Below are positions 42,386-50,974 of a DNA stretch of 64,000 bases, in pieces. The translations under genes and the position numbers were made by a program. The notes beneath the pieces were generated by a model, which worked only from the letters and a program-made list of their open reading frames with translations, was not told the origin of the DNA and did not search any database. Location of the stretch: assembly GCA_045597005.1 (NCBI GenBank), contig JAZODJ010000028.1, positions 12,768 to 76,767 of the forward strand. Direction: 5' to 3'. Each line of letters starts with the position of its first letter. Within the stretch, counting starts at the first letter, position 1. The stretch comes from Alphaproteobacteria bacterium (GTDB lineage Bacteria > Pseudomonadota > Alphaproteobacteria > RF32 > CAG-239).

Positions 42386-42598
42386 ATGAAAAAAATATTC
42401 TTTGGGTTGATTTTGTTGGGAATTGTACTACCTGTTTTGGCTGCGGATAGCCCCATAGTAGTATTAAATGTTAAAAGAATGATATATCACAGTCCCAGTT
42501 GTCAGTGGGCGCATAGATGTACTAAAAATTGTATAAAAACAACCAAACAAGAAGCTATTGAACACGGAGCCAGACCTTGCAAGGTCTGTGGAGGTTAA
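42386..42598 (+). CDS. small secreted Ada-like zinc-binding-domain protein
   Basis: 70 aa; signal peptide MKKIFFGLILLGIVLPVLAA; YHSPSCQW...C...EA...GARPCKVC resembles the Ada metal-binding / sunset-type domain. Confidence 0.55.
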   Translation: MKKIFFGLILLGIVLPVLAADSPIVVLNVKRMIYHSPSCQWAHRCTKNCIKTTKQEAIEHGARPCKVCGG

Positions 42599-43782
42599 TA
42601 CTCTTCCTCAACTTGTTCCAAAGAACTTTCAACTAATTTTGCCAAATTTTCATTTATGTTACTTTTCATTTTTTCATATAAACTTTGTTGTGTATTAATA
42701 TATTCTTGATTTTCATTAAAAATGAAACTTTTTAATGTATTAAAACGTATCATTCGGTTAGTTTGTTTATTTAATCCTTCTGATGAAGCTAATTTATATT
42801 TTTTTATATCATCAAAAATTCCTTTCTCAGCAGGAGTTACACTATTGTCAATATTCATATCATTATCGAATATTCCATACATTTTTACAAAATCTTCCAA
42901 TCTATGTGTTATTACATCCGAAAACGTAATGTTTTCTCGCATCATATAGAAAAGTATGGAAAATACCGTATATAATTGGGATTTTTTTTGCAAAAACTTT
43001 ATCAGTATAGGTGAACCTAATAAAAATTCAATTTGAGTTGTTGCATTTATAATAGCTTGACGATCAATATCAGCATCATTATAATTCATTTTTAAATCTT
43101 CATATGCTCTATTTAAAGCTTTTTGATCACTTTGATCTATGATACCAGATCTAAACAAAAGAATAAGAGATGCACAAAATTCAACATCTTTCATTCTTTT
43201 GACATCAGCATTATTAAATAATTTATACTTCTCCCAAATAGATAAATCGGAAAGTTCTCGAGCCAATGCAGCAAACTCTCCAGATAGACTATTTCGTTTT
43301 TCTTGACTATTTAGGTTATAATCCGTAAGATTTAACCGTCTGAACATATTCACAATTTCATCTCTTGTAACTTTTTCATTTATATCTACAATCATTAATT
43401 GATAATTCCAGACTTCTTTTTTTGTTCCATCATCTAAATCTCTAAAATAACGATCCCCCCATTTTTCTTTTGATGTATCTTCTAATAAGGCATTTTTCTT
43501 TAATTTAAATTCATTGTTTACAAACTCAGTAATTGTCTTTATCCTTTGTTGTCCATCAACAATATGTGTAATGGACTCTCCTGTTTCTGGATTTGTATCA
43601 GCTTTCCATAAAAACAATTCTGGTATAATAAAGTTTAACAGAATTGTTTCAATTAATCTAATTTTATCATTTTCGTTCCAAACAGAGCGACGTTGATATG
43701 AATCATCCACAATCAGAGATTCTTCTGTAAACATATTATAAATATCACTAATAGTTTTTCGATTATTAGAAAATTGAAACAT
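42595..43782 (-). CDS. DUF262 (ParB/GmrS-like N-terminal domain) protein lacking a recognisable DUF1524/HNH domain
   Basis: 395 aa; SYQRRSVW and IVDGQQR signatures; no His-Me finger motif seen in the C-terminal half. Confidence 0.85.
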   Translation of the reverse strand: MFQFSNNRKTISDIYNMFTEESLIVDDSYQRRSVWNENDKIRLIETILLNFIIPELFLWKADTNPETGESITHIVDGQQRIKTITEFVNNEFKLKKNALLEDTSKEKWGDRYFRDLDDGTKKEVWNYQLMIVDINEKVTRDEIVNMFRRLNLTDYNLNSQEKRNSLSGEFAALARELSDLSIWEKYKLFNNADVKRMKDVEFCASLILLFRSGIIDQSDQKALNRAYEDLKMNYNDADIDRQAIINATTQIEFLLGSPILIKFLQKKSQLYTVFSILFYMMRENITFSDVITHRLEDFVKMYGIFDNDMNIDNSVTPAEKGIFDDIKKYKLASSEGLNKQTNRMIRFNTLKSFIFNENQEYINTQQSLYEKMKSNINENLAKLVESSLEQVEEEY

Positions 43783-43783
43783 A

Positions 43784-44398
43784 CTATACTCCTTTGGGTT
43801 CTTTTATAGTTTTACAAGCCTTTACAATTCCAGATAATTGATATTCTTCAAGGTCTTCCCAACTTCGATAAATTCTGTAATTTATAGGATGCATTACAGA
43901 TAGTTTATCTTGTAATGATTTGTTTGTTGGATCTTTCATCTTTTGCCATACTGTACGAATATCTTCTATTCCTGTTAAAAATTTTTCATCAATATATCCT
44001 CTAAAAATAGATCTTGTAAGATTCACATAAAAGTATTCTTGATATACTCGGAAAGCCTTTTTCTTTCTTAGTTGCTCCCAATAATATGAATATAATTTTT
44101 CTGAAACTAAAGCAATATCTATATCAGACGAATCTTCCATAAACGGTTTTAGACATTTTAACGGTGATAAACTATATCCGAGTTTTGCACTTCCTACAAG
44201 TTGAGATGAATGAAAACTTATATTAAAATTTTTTGATATAATTTCTTTAAAACAATCTAAACGATCTAATATTTCATCTGATGGAACTTTTAAATATTCA
44301 TTAAAATACCAATTATATGATTTAACTATATGTTTAAGATAGAAATCTTTTGCATCCATAGACAATAAATCGTTTTTTATATCTGTTAAACATACCAT
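43784..44398 (-). CDS. hypothetical protein, putative Pol-beta-fold nucleotidyltransferase
   Basis: 204 aa; QLVGSAKLGYS ... SSDIDIALVS fits hG[GS]...DxD of minimal NTases; start ATG shares one base with the MTase stop (TAATG). Confidence 0.5.
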   Translation of the reverse strand: MVCLTDIKNDLLSMDAKDFYLKHIVKSYNWYFNEYLKVPSDEILDRLDCFKEIISKNFNISFHSSQLVGSAKLGYSLSPLKCLKPFMEDSSDIDIALVSEKLYSYYWEQLRKKKAFRVYQEYFYVNLTRSIFRGYIDEKFLTGIEDIRTVWQKMKDPTNKSLQDKLSVMHPINYRIYRSWEDLEEYQLSGIVKACKTIKEPKGV

Positions 44399-45492
44399 TA
44401 TGCAGCCTTTCTTGTGTCTTCATAATATATATTTAAATAATCAAAAATATCTTGTGCAATTCCCTTTCCTAAAAGATATGGAACACCATTACCTATCATT
44501 TTAAACTTAAGGGATAGAGGAATATTATTAGGCAAACAAAATTCTTTTGGCAAAGATTGAATAGAAAGAGCCTCAGCTATGCTAATTCTGCGTAGTTCAT
44601 ATGGATGCAAGTGAACTTCATTATTTCCATATGCCGATGTTGGTGCGTATCTCCAACGATGTAGCCTCTTAAATGACTTTCGAGAAACGTCTCCTTCTTG
44701 TATTGTAAGGTATTTTTGCAAATTTTTTACTTTAAATATATCGTTTGCATTTTGGTGTTTTTTTACATCATTCTTAATAAACCAGTGCTCAACTGTTAAT
44801 TCTTCAATAATATTAGTTGGCTTTTCTATATATCCATTTTCATTAAACTCATTCAAGGTTGGCCAATTAAGTAATTTTATATCTTTTAAATTAAACTTTT
44901 TATGCTGACCAATAGAAAATTTACAACAATTTTGAAATATATTTCTATTGAAGCCAATAAGAAACAACCTATCTCTATATTGAGGAACGCCATATTCTAG
45001 GGCATTTTCTATGGAATCAAATAATTCATAGCCATTTTCATCTAAACGTTTTTTTATTTTCTCATAAAAAATTTTATGTTTACTAGTTTGATACAATCCT
45101 TTTACATTCTCTAAAACAAAAAAGTCTGGCCGACGTTTAATAATCAGATTTACATAAACATCTGTTAACCTTCCATTTTCACCTTCAACACCTTTGTTTT
45201 TTCCTGCTGTCGAAAAATCTGGACAAGGTGGTCCCCCTATGAATCCTACAAAATCCGAATCTGTTTTTTCTGAAAAAGTTTTGTTCCATACTTCATCTTT
45301 TAGATATTCTTCCACACTAAGGCTAGAATATCTATTTTCTGCTAATATTTTCTTTCGTGTGCTCTTATATGTTTTTAGAAAAACACTATTATACTCATTA
45401 ACAAATGAGATATTAAAGCCAGCTTTCTCAAACCCTAGGTCTAAAATTCCCAACCCTGAGAAAAAAGAATATACTTCCGCTTTCACTTTCAA
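44398..45492 (-). CDS. DNA (cytosine-5)-methyltransferase
   Basis: FSGLGILDLG (motif I), GGPPCPDFS (IV), FVLENVKGL (VI), QYRDRLFLIG (VIII), GNGVP (X); TTG 45492 or GTG 45486 start. Confidence 0.9.
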   Translation of the reverse strand: MKVKAEVYSFFSGLGILDLGFEKAGFNISFVNEYNSVFLKTYKSTRKKILAENRYSSLSVEEYLKDEVWNKTFSEKTDSDFVGFIGGPPCPDFSTAGKNKGVEGENGRLTDVYVNLIIKRRPDFFVLENVKGLYQTSKHKIFYEKIKKRLDENGYELFDSIENALEYGVPQYRDRLFLIGFNRNIFQNCCKFSIGQHKKFNLKDIKLLNWPTLNEFNENGYIEKPTNIIEELTVEHWFIKNDVKKHQNANDIFKVKNLQKYLTIQEGDVSRKSFKRLHRWRYAPTSAYGNNEVHLHPYELRRISIAEALSIQSLPKEFCLPNNIPLSLKFKMIGNGVPYLLGKGIAQDIFDYLNIYYEDTRKAA

Positions 45493-45602
45493 CCTTATTC
45501 AAAAAAAACTCTATAGTAAAATTTGCAAATATGTAGAATATTTTTATTCTATAGAGAGACCTTTTGCAAGTATATAATGGAATTAATGCAATTTTAATTT
45601 AT

Positions 45603-46919
45603 TCACTCCATATCCAGCAGCCACTCAAGCACATTCATTCGTTTAATACCGTTGTTTTCGCCAGAACCAAAGTCCATTGTCAGCAAAAATTTAGGGTAAT
45701 TATCTTCTATAGCTTCAAGTGGAGCAAGCTCTCGTTCTAATATGTCTGTTCCCAACACATTCAATGCAACTTGATAATATTCAACTATTCCGCCACTTTT
45801 TTTAGCAACAAAATCAACCTCAATATTTTTACCACCTTTGACTATTTTACCTACTGAAACTTGATAACCACGTCTTAACAGCTCTAAGTAAACCACATTT
45901 TCTAAAATGTGTCCTTGATCCATATCTTTGATACCCAACAATGCCGTACGTAGCCCTATATCCGCAACATAATATTTAGCATTACTATCAAGATATTGTT
46001 TGCCTTTGATATCATAACGGTCGCATTTATAAAGCAAAAAGCTATCTAATAACCCTTGCACCATTGTATCTATAGTTGGCACTGATATTTTATGTCCGCC
46101 AGCATTTAAACCTTTTTCTATGTTGCGGATAGATGTTTCATTACCGATATTATCAAACATATATTTTACCACGGCATCAAGCTTATTAGTATCTGCGATA
46201 TTAAAACGTTTAACTATATCCTTTTGAATTGTATTCAAATAAACAGTATCTAGCAAATAATCGCTTATTAGTTGTTTATCATAAACTAAGTTTAAGGTTT
46301 GAGGGAATCCACTTTCAGTTATATAATGAGAATAAACTGCCATTGGGTTATGCAAGCCTTCTATCTCATTTTTAGTTCTAGCATAAATGCCCGCAAACAT
46401 TGAATATGCAGAAAAATATTCCTTAAAAGAAAATGGTTGCATTTTAATTTCAATATATCTGCCACCTAACGAATTAGCCAAATCGCTGGAAAACATATAG
46501 GCATTTGAACCTGTCAAATACAAGTCAACATTATTTTGTAATCTTAACGCATTAGCGACTTTATCCCAATCTTTCAATAACTGTATTTCATCAATAAAGA
46601 CATAATTCATTTTTTTGGGGTTAAGAATTGATAAAACATAGTCCAATAACTTATTATAACCGACTAAAAAGTTTTCCTTATCATAAGAAAGACCGATTTT
46701 GTTAGTCTGTACCAAATCTTCCAGATTTATATTTACAATCTGGCTATCGTCAGCTTGTCTATTAGTGATTAAATCAAATTGATAAAGATAAAACAATTTG
46801 GATTTACCGCAACGTCTTACCCCTGTGATTATTTTTATTAAATCACTTTGCCCTTGCCATTTTTTCAGTTGCTCTATATATTGTGGTCTACCGACTATTC
46901 TTTCAGATGCACTTTGCAT
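45603..46919 (-). CDS. AAA_14/DUF4143-type ATPase
   Basis: 438 aa; Walker A GVRRCGKS, Walker B NYVFIDEIQ, C-terminal EVDFVAKK region as in DUF4143 proteins. Confidence 0.8.
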   Translation of the reverse strand: MQSASERIVGRPQYIEQLKKWQGQSDLIKIITGVRRCGKSKLFYLYQFDLITNRQADDSQIVNINLEDLVQTNKIGLSYDKENFLVGYNKLLDYVLSILNPKKMNYVFIDEIQLLKDWDKVANALRLQNNVDLYLTGSNAYMFSSDLANSLGGRYIEIKMQPFSFKEYFSAYSMFAGIYARTKNEIEGLHNPMAVYSHYITESGFPQTLNLVYDKQLISDYLLDTVYLNTIQKDIVKRFNIADTNKLDAVVKYMFDNIGNETSIRNIEKGLNAGGHKISVPTIDTMVQGLLDSFLLYKCDRYDIKGKQYLDSNAKYYVADIGLRTALLGIKDMDQGHILENVVYLELLRRGYQVSVGKIVKGGKNIEVDFVAKKSGGIVEYYQVALNVLGTDILERELAPLEAIEDNYPKFLLTMDFGSGENNGIKRMNVLEWLLDME

Positions 46920-47430
46920 TGTTTATTCTCCTTAAGCTATATGTTAATTATATTTAACAAAAAATAAAAAATCAAGTATTTTGTAAAATACATTTAACAA
47001 AATCTCAATACTATCGTTTTTCGTAAAACAGAATTAACAATCAAATTGTTCCGCATTTTTTCGCACACGTAAACAGATTTGTCTTAAAACTGCATAATTT
47101 ATCGTCAAAAATCAATTTCTGCACTCAAAACGCAAGTAATCAAAGGCAAACAGCATATGAGTAGTCAAGTATTCCTTGACTACTGATTAAAATACGGAAA
47201 AACGGGGGATTTTACTTTTTGCAGTTATTCGGAAATTCCAAACAGTTCAATTTTTACGCCCACAATTCCTTAAAACCATTATTGACAGCCGATTACAGAT
47301 GATTTATGTTATTAGCAGTGCTAATAACTTTTGCTAATACTTTCGAAATTTAGGTCGGAGCCAGTATTTTGATAAGTTATTGATTTTACATAACAACAAG
47401 GCTTGTTTTATGAAAATATTTCTGGATTTG

Positions 47431-47452
47431 TCGAATCAGGCAGCCGGAGCCA
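47431..47452 (+). repeat. right copy of 22-nt direct repeat (displaced tRNA-Asn 3' end; attR-like)
   Basis: TCGAATCAGGCAGCCGGAGCCA, identical to 39376..39397; no tRNA body upstream of it. Confidence 0.85.
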
Positions 47453-47454
47453 AT

Positions 47455-47485
47455 AAAAAAGCCACCCTTTTGGGTGGTTTTTTTT
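47455..47485. terminator. bidirectional intrinsic terminator
   Basis: AAAAAA G CCACCC TTTT GGGTGG TTTTTTTT (stem 47462..47467 / 47472..47477). Confidence 0.75.
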
Positions 47486-47535
47486 ATTGTTCTGTTTGGA
47501 AACCATCTTCAACAGAAGGCCTCTTATATTTTATC

Positions 47536-47871
47536 TTATCCGAATAAATGACCGCCATGCGCTACATCAGATGCCGACAAATCATTTAAAGCAATACAAA
47601 CAAACTCATGTTCAACACCAAAATTTTCTACTGCAAAATTTGTCAAAACATCAACCACTGCTTGCTTATTTCTAAACCCGATTGATGCCAATTCAATCCA
47701 CGCTCCTTTAGTTTTTTTACTCCCTCCAAATGCCAAATTTTCATTATATTTTACTTCAGCACATACATAAGAAACCGGTTTTCCTAAAACATCAGCCACA
47801 ACTTTAGCGACTTTCTCAACCACATTAGTATCATTACTAAAACCATTAGTTTTAATTGTCAAAAACGGCAT
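47536..47871 (-). CDS. MIF / tautomerase-superfamily protein
   Basis: ATG 47871 five nt after GGAGG gives MPFLTIKTN (Pro-1); GKPVSYVCAEVKYNENLAFGGSKK...ASIG parallels the MIF GKPPQYIAVHV...MAFGGS...HSIG. Confidence 0.8.
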   Translation of the reverse strand: MPFLTIKTNGFSNDTNVVEKVAKVVADVLGKPVSYVCAEVKYNENLAFGGSKKTKGAWIELASIGFRNKQAVVDVLTNFAVENFGVEHEFVCIALNDLSASDVAHGGHLFG

Positions 47872-47928
47872 TTCATCCTCCAAACTATTTTTAAGGTCGC
47901 TGATGTTTTTCAGCGACCTTTCACAACA

Positions 47929-50742
47929 CTATTCATGATCCTCAGAAACAACTTCCGGTTCTTCAATAGACTGAACTTCCGTATTATCAAATTCCGGAAT
48001 ATTTTCGCCTAAAATTTCTTCCCCTTCTGCTGCTTCTAATTCTTCTTCGTCATCGGCATCGGCCTCTAATTTTGTTACAGAAACAACTTTTTCATCATCA
48101 GCTGTTCTAAACAAAATTACACCTTGCGTTTTTCTTCCGGCGATTCGAATATCTTCAACAGGCATTCTGATAAGTTTTCCGGCATCGGTAACCATCATAA
48201 TCTGATTATCGTCTTCTATTGGGAACGAACTTGCAATCTCTTTATTGCGCGCAGACATTTCCATATTAGCGATACCTTGTCCGCCACGTCCCGTAACACG
48301 ATATTCATACGAAGACGAACGTTTTCCATATCCGGTTGTTGTTACCGAAAGAATAAACTGTTCGTTTTCTTTCATTTGTGCAAACATTTCTTCGTTAAGC
48401 ACGGTCATTTCAATACCGGTATCTGCCACAGACACATCACAACCATCTCCACGTTCCGCTTGAATACGCTTCATAGCCGACGAAATTTTTAAATATTCAT
48501 CACGTTGTTCAGATGTTGCATCACTATGTTTCAAAATCGACATCGAAACAACTTCATCTTTCGCGCCCAACTTAATGCCTCTGACACCCGTAGAATTACG
48601 TCCGACAAATACTCTTACCTCTGTAACAGGGAAACGAATACACTTACCACTTTTAGCTGCCAACAAAACATCTTCGTCTTCATTACAAATTCTGACATTA
48701 ATAAGTTTGTCGCCTTCATCCAATTTCATGGCAATCTTACCATTTGATTGAACATTAACAAAATCCATTAACGAATTTCGTCTTACATTACCCGATGCCG
48801 TAGCAAACATAATAGACAAATCTTTGCAATCGGCCTCATTTTCAGGCAACTTCATAATTGTAGTAATTGTTTCGCCTGCATCCAACGGCAACAAATTAAT
48901 AAACGGTTTTCCTTTTGATGTCGGTGATCCTAAAGGCAGTTTATAAACTTTCATCTTGTAAACCAAACCTTTTGACGAGAAGAACAATACCGGAGTATGT
49001 GTGCTGGACACAAACAAACGAGTAACAAAATCTTCCTCTTTTGTTGCCATACCTGACTTACCTTTACCACCACGCTTTTGCGCTCTATAAGCATTAAGAG
49101 GAACACGCTTAATATATCCGGCATCAGTAACCGTGACGACCATCTCTTCACGTTGAATCAATGATTCTATATCCGTATCATATTCAATATCTTCAATCTT
49201 TGTACGTCTTGGATTAGCATACTCATCTTTAATAGCCACCAACTCGTCACGCATAATACCATAAAGTTTCTCTCTTGAACTTAAGATAGACAAGCATTCT
49301 TTGATTTCTTCACCGATTGCGATCAATTCCTCATGAATTTTATCACGCTCTAAACCTGTCAATCGTTGCAATTTCAAATCCAAAATAGCCTTTGCTTGAG
49401 CCTCTGACAAACGATAAGTACCGTTTTCAACTTTTCTATCAGGCTCATCAATCAATTTAACCAACGCCTCTACTTCGCCAGCAGGCCAAGCCTTTGCAAG
49501 CAACGCATCTTTAGCTTCTTGCGGATTGGGCGCATTTCTGATTAATTCAATTACCGGATCAATATTTTCAACAGCGATTGCCAAACCAACCAACGTATGC
49601 GCTCTGTCTCTTGCTTTATTCAACTCAAATATTGTCCTACGACGAATAACTTCTTCTCTAAATTCAATAAACGCCTTCACAATATCTTTCAAAGTCATCA
49701 TCATCGGACGACCATTATGAATAGCCAACATATTCATACCAAAACTGGTCTGCAATGGAGTATATTTATAAAGTTGATTCAAAACCACATCAGCCTGAAA
49801 ATCGCGTTTAATTTCAATAACTACACGCACCCCCTGTCTATCCGATTCGTCTCTTATCTCAGAAATACCTTCAACCTTCTTTTCCTTAATAAGCTCTGCG
49901 ATTCTCTGTATCATTGCAGCTTTATTAACTTGGTAAGGGATCTCATGTACGATAATAGCTTCTTTATCTTTATGCAATTCTTCAACGGTACATTTTGCTC
50001 TCATCATAACCGAACCGCGACCTGTCAAGTAAGCCGATTTAGCACCAGAATAACCAAGTATTAATCCTCCTGTCGGGAAGTCAGGACCGGGAACAATTTT
50101 AATCAAATCCTCAATTGTAATTTCCGGGTTATCAATATATGCACAACAAGCATCAACCACTTCTCCCAAATTGTGTGGCGGAATATTTGTTGCCATACCG
50201 ACAGCAATACCGTTTGTCCCATTAACCAAGAGGTTAGGATATCTTGCCGGCAAAACTGTCGGCTCTTGCAAGCTTTCATCATAGTTCGGCATAAAATCGA
50301 CTGTATCTTTATCAATATCGTCAATCAATGCATGAGCAACTTTGGCAAGTCTGGCCTCGGTATAACGCATAGCCGCTGCACTATCGCCGTCCATAGAACC
50401 AAAGTTACCTTGTCCGTCAATCAATGGTACACGCATTGAAAAAGGCTGCGCCAAACGAACCATTGCATCATAAACCGAGCTATCACCATGTGGGTGATAT
50501 TTACCCAAAACATCACCGACGATACGGGCTGATTTTCTGAATGGTCTGTTATAATCATAACCATTTTCATAAGCCGAATAAATAATACGACGATGCACCG
50601 GTTTCAAACCATCACGAACATCAGGAAGCGCACGCGAAACAATAACACTCATCGCATAATCAAGATATGAGCGACGCATTTCTTCCGAAATTTCAACCGG
50701 CATAATATCTTGTTTATTTTCAATCAAATTATTTTCTTCCAC
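47929..50742 (-). CDS. gyrA: DNA gyrase subunit A
   Basis: 937 aa; [22 protein letters not shown] (QRDR), AAMRYTE active-site Tyr, C-terminal beta-pinwheel and acidic tail. Confidence 0.95.
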   Translation of the reverse strand: MEENNLIENKQDIMPVEISEEMRRSYLDYAMSVIVSRALPDVRDGLKPVHRRIIYSAYENGYDYNRPFRKSARIVGDVLGKYHPHGDSSVYDAMVRLAQPFSMRVPLIDGQGNFGSMDGDSAAAMRYTEARLAKVAHALIDDIDKDTVDFMPNYDESLQEPTVLPARYPNLLVNGTNGIAVGMATNIPPHNLGEVVDACCAYIDNPEITIEDLIKIVPGPDFPTGGLILGYSGAKSAYLTGRGSVMMRAKCTVEELHKDKEAIIVHEIPYQVNKAAMIQRIAELIKEKKVEGISEIRDESDRQGVRVVIEIKRDFQADVVLNQLYKYTPLQTSFGMNMLAIHNGRPMMMTLKDIVKAFIEFREEVIRRRTIFELNKARDRAHTLVGLAIAVENIDPVIELIRNAPNPQEAKDALLAKAWPAGEVEALVKLIDEPDRKVENGTYRLSEAQAKAILDLKLQRLTGLERDKIHEELIAIGEEIKECLSILSSREKLYGIMRDELVAIKDEYANPRRTKIEDIEYDTDIESLIQREEMVVTVTDAGYIKRVPLNAYRAQKRGGKGKSGMATKEEDFVTRLFVSSTHTPVLFFSSKGLVYKMKVYKLPLGSPTSKGKPFINLLPLDAGETITTIMKLPENEADCKDLSIMFATASGNVRRNSLMDFVNVQSNGKIAMKLDEGDKLINVRICNEDEDVLLAAKSGKCIRFPVTEVRVFVGRNSTGVRGIKLGAKDEVVSMSILKHSDATSEQRDEYLKISSAMKRIQAERGDGCDVSVADTGIEMTVLNEEMFAQMKENEQFILSVTTTGYGKRSSSYEYRVTGRGGQGIANMEMSARNKEIASSFPIEDDNQIMMVTDAGKLIRMPVEDIRIAGRKTQGVILFRTADDEKVVSVTKLEADADDEEELEAAEGEEILGENIPEFDNTEVQSIEEPEVVSEDHE

Positions 50743-50974
50743 TTTTCAGATATCCTTTATAAAAAGCCATATTAAAACTGCTCAAAGCATAGCAATTTTA
50801 TGGCTTTTCAACCACTTTTTTTTACCATTTATCCCACAAAAAAAACACCTCTTTTCGCTCTATGCTCAAAAAAAGTACCTTAAAATCGATTTCCAATTAA
50901 AAAAGTTAACAAACCGGATATCTATCACCCCAAAACAAAGAAAAAGCACCTTAAAAAAGATGCTTTAATTATTC

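Larger units (their letters stand above)
39398..47452. mobile_element. tRNA-Asn-associated genomic island (integrase-less remnant)
   Basis: Bounded by tRNA-Asn and an exact 22-nt repeat of its 3' end; contains only accessory-type genes; each boundary has its own terminator. Confidence 0.65.

Noticed and set aside
43784-44398. The 204-aa gene after the C5-MTase as a Vsr mismatch endonuclease or a standard PD-(D/E)XK type II endonuclease
   Set aside because: The size and position fit. However, I see no Vsr-like motifs, and the SDIDIALVSEK stretch lacks a proper (D/E)-x-K spacing. The GS...DxD pattern fits an NTase fold better. This cannot be excluded without a profile or structure search.
46920-47430. 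Expected integrase or excisionase gene next to the attR-like repeat
   Set aside because: No ORF of 60 aa or more exists on either strand in this interval, and I saw no obvious decayed integrase motifs. The island is therefore reported as integrase-less rather than with a pseudogene call.
47893-47920. Hairpin AAGGTCGCTG-N8-CAGCGACCTT between gyrA and the MIF-like gene, considered as a terminator
   Set aside because: No U-tract follows it on either strand. I treat it as a possible processing or stability element only, not as a terminator feature.
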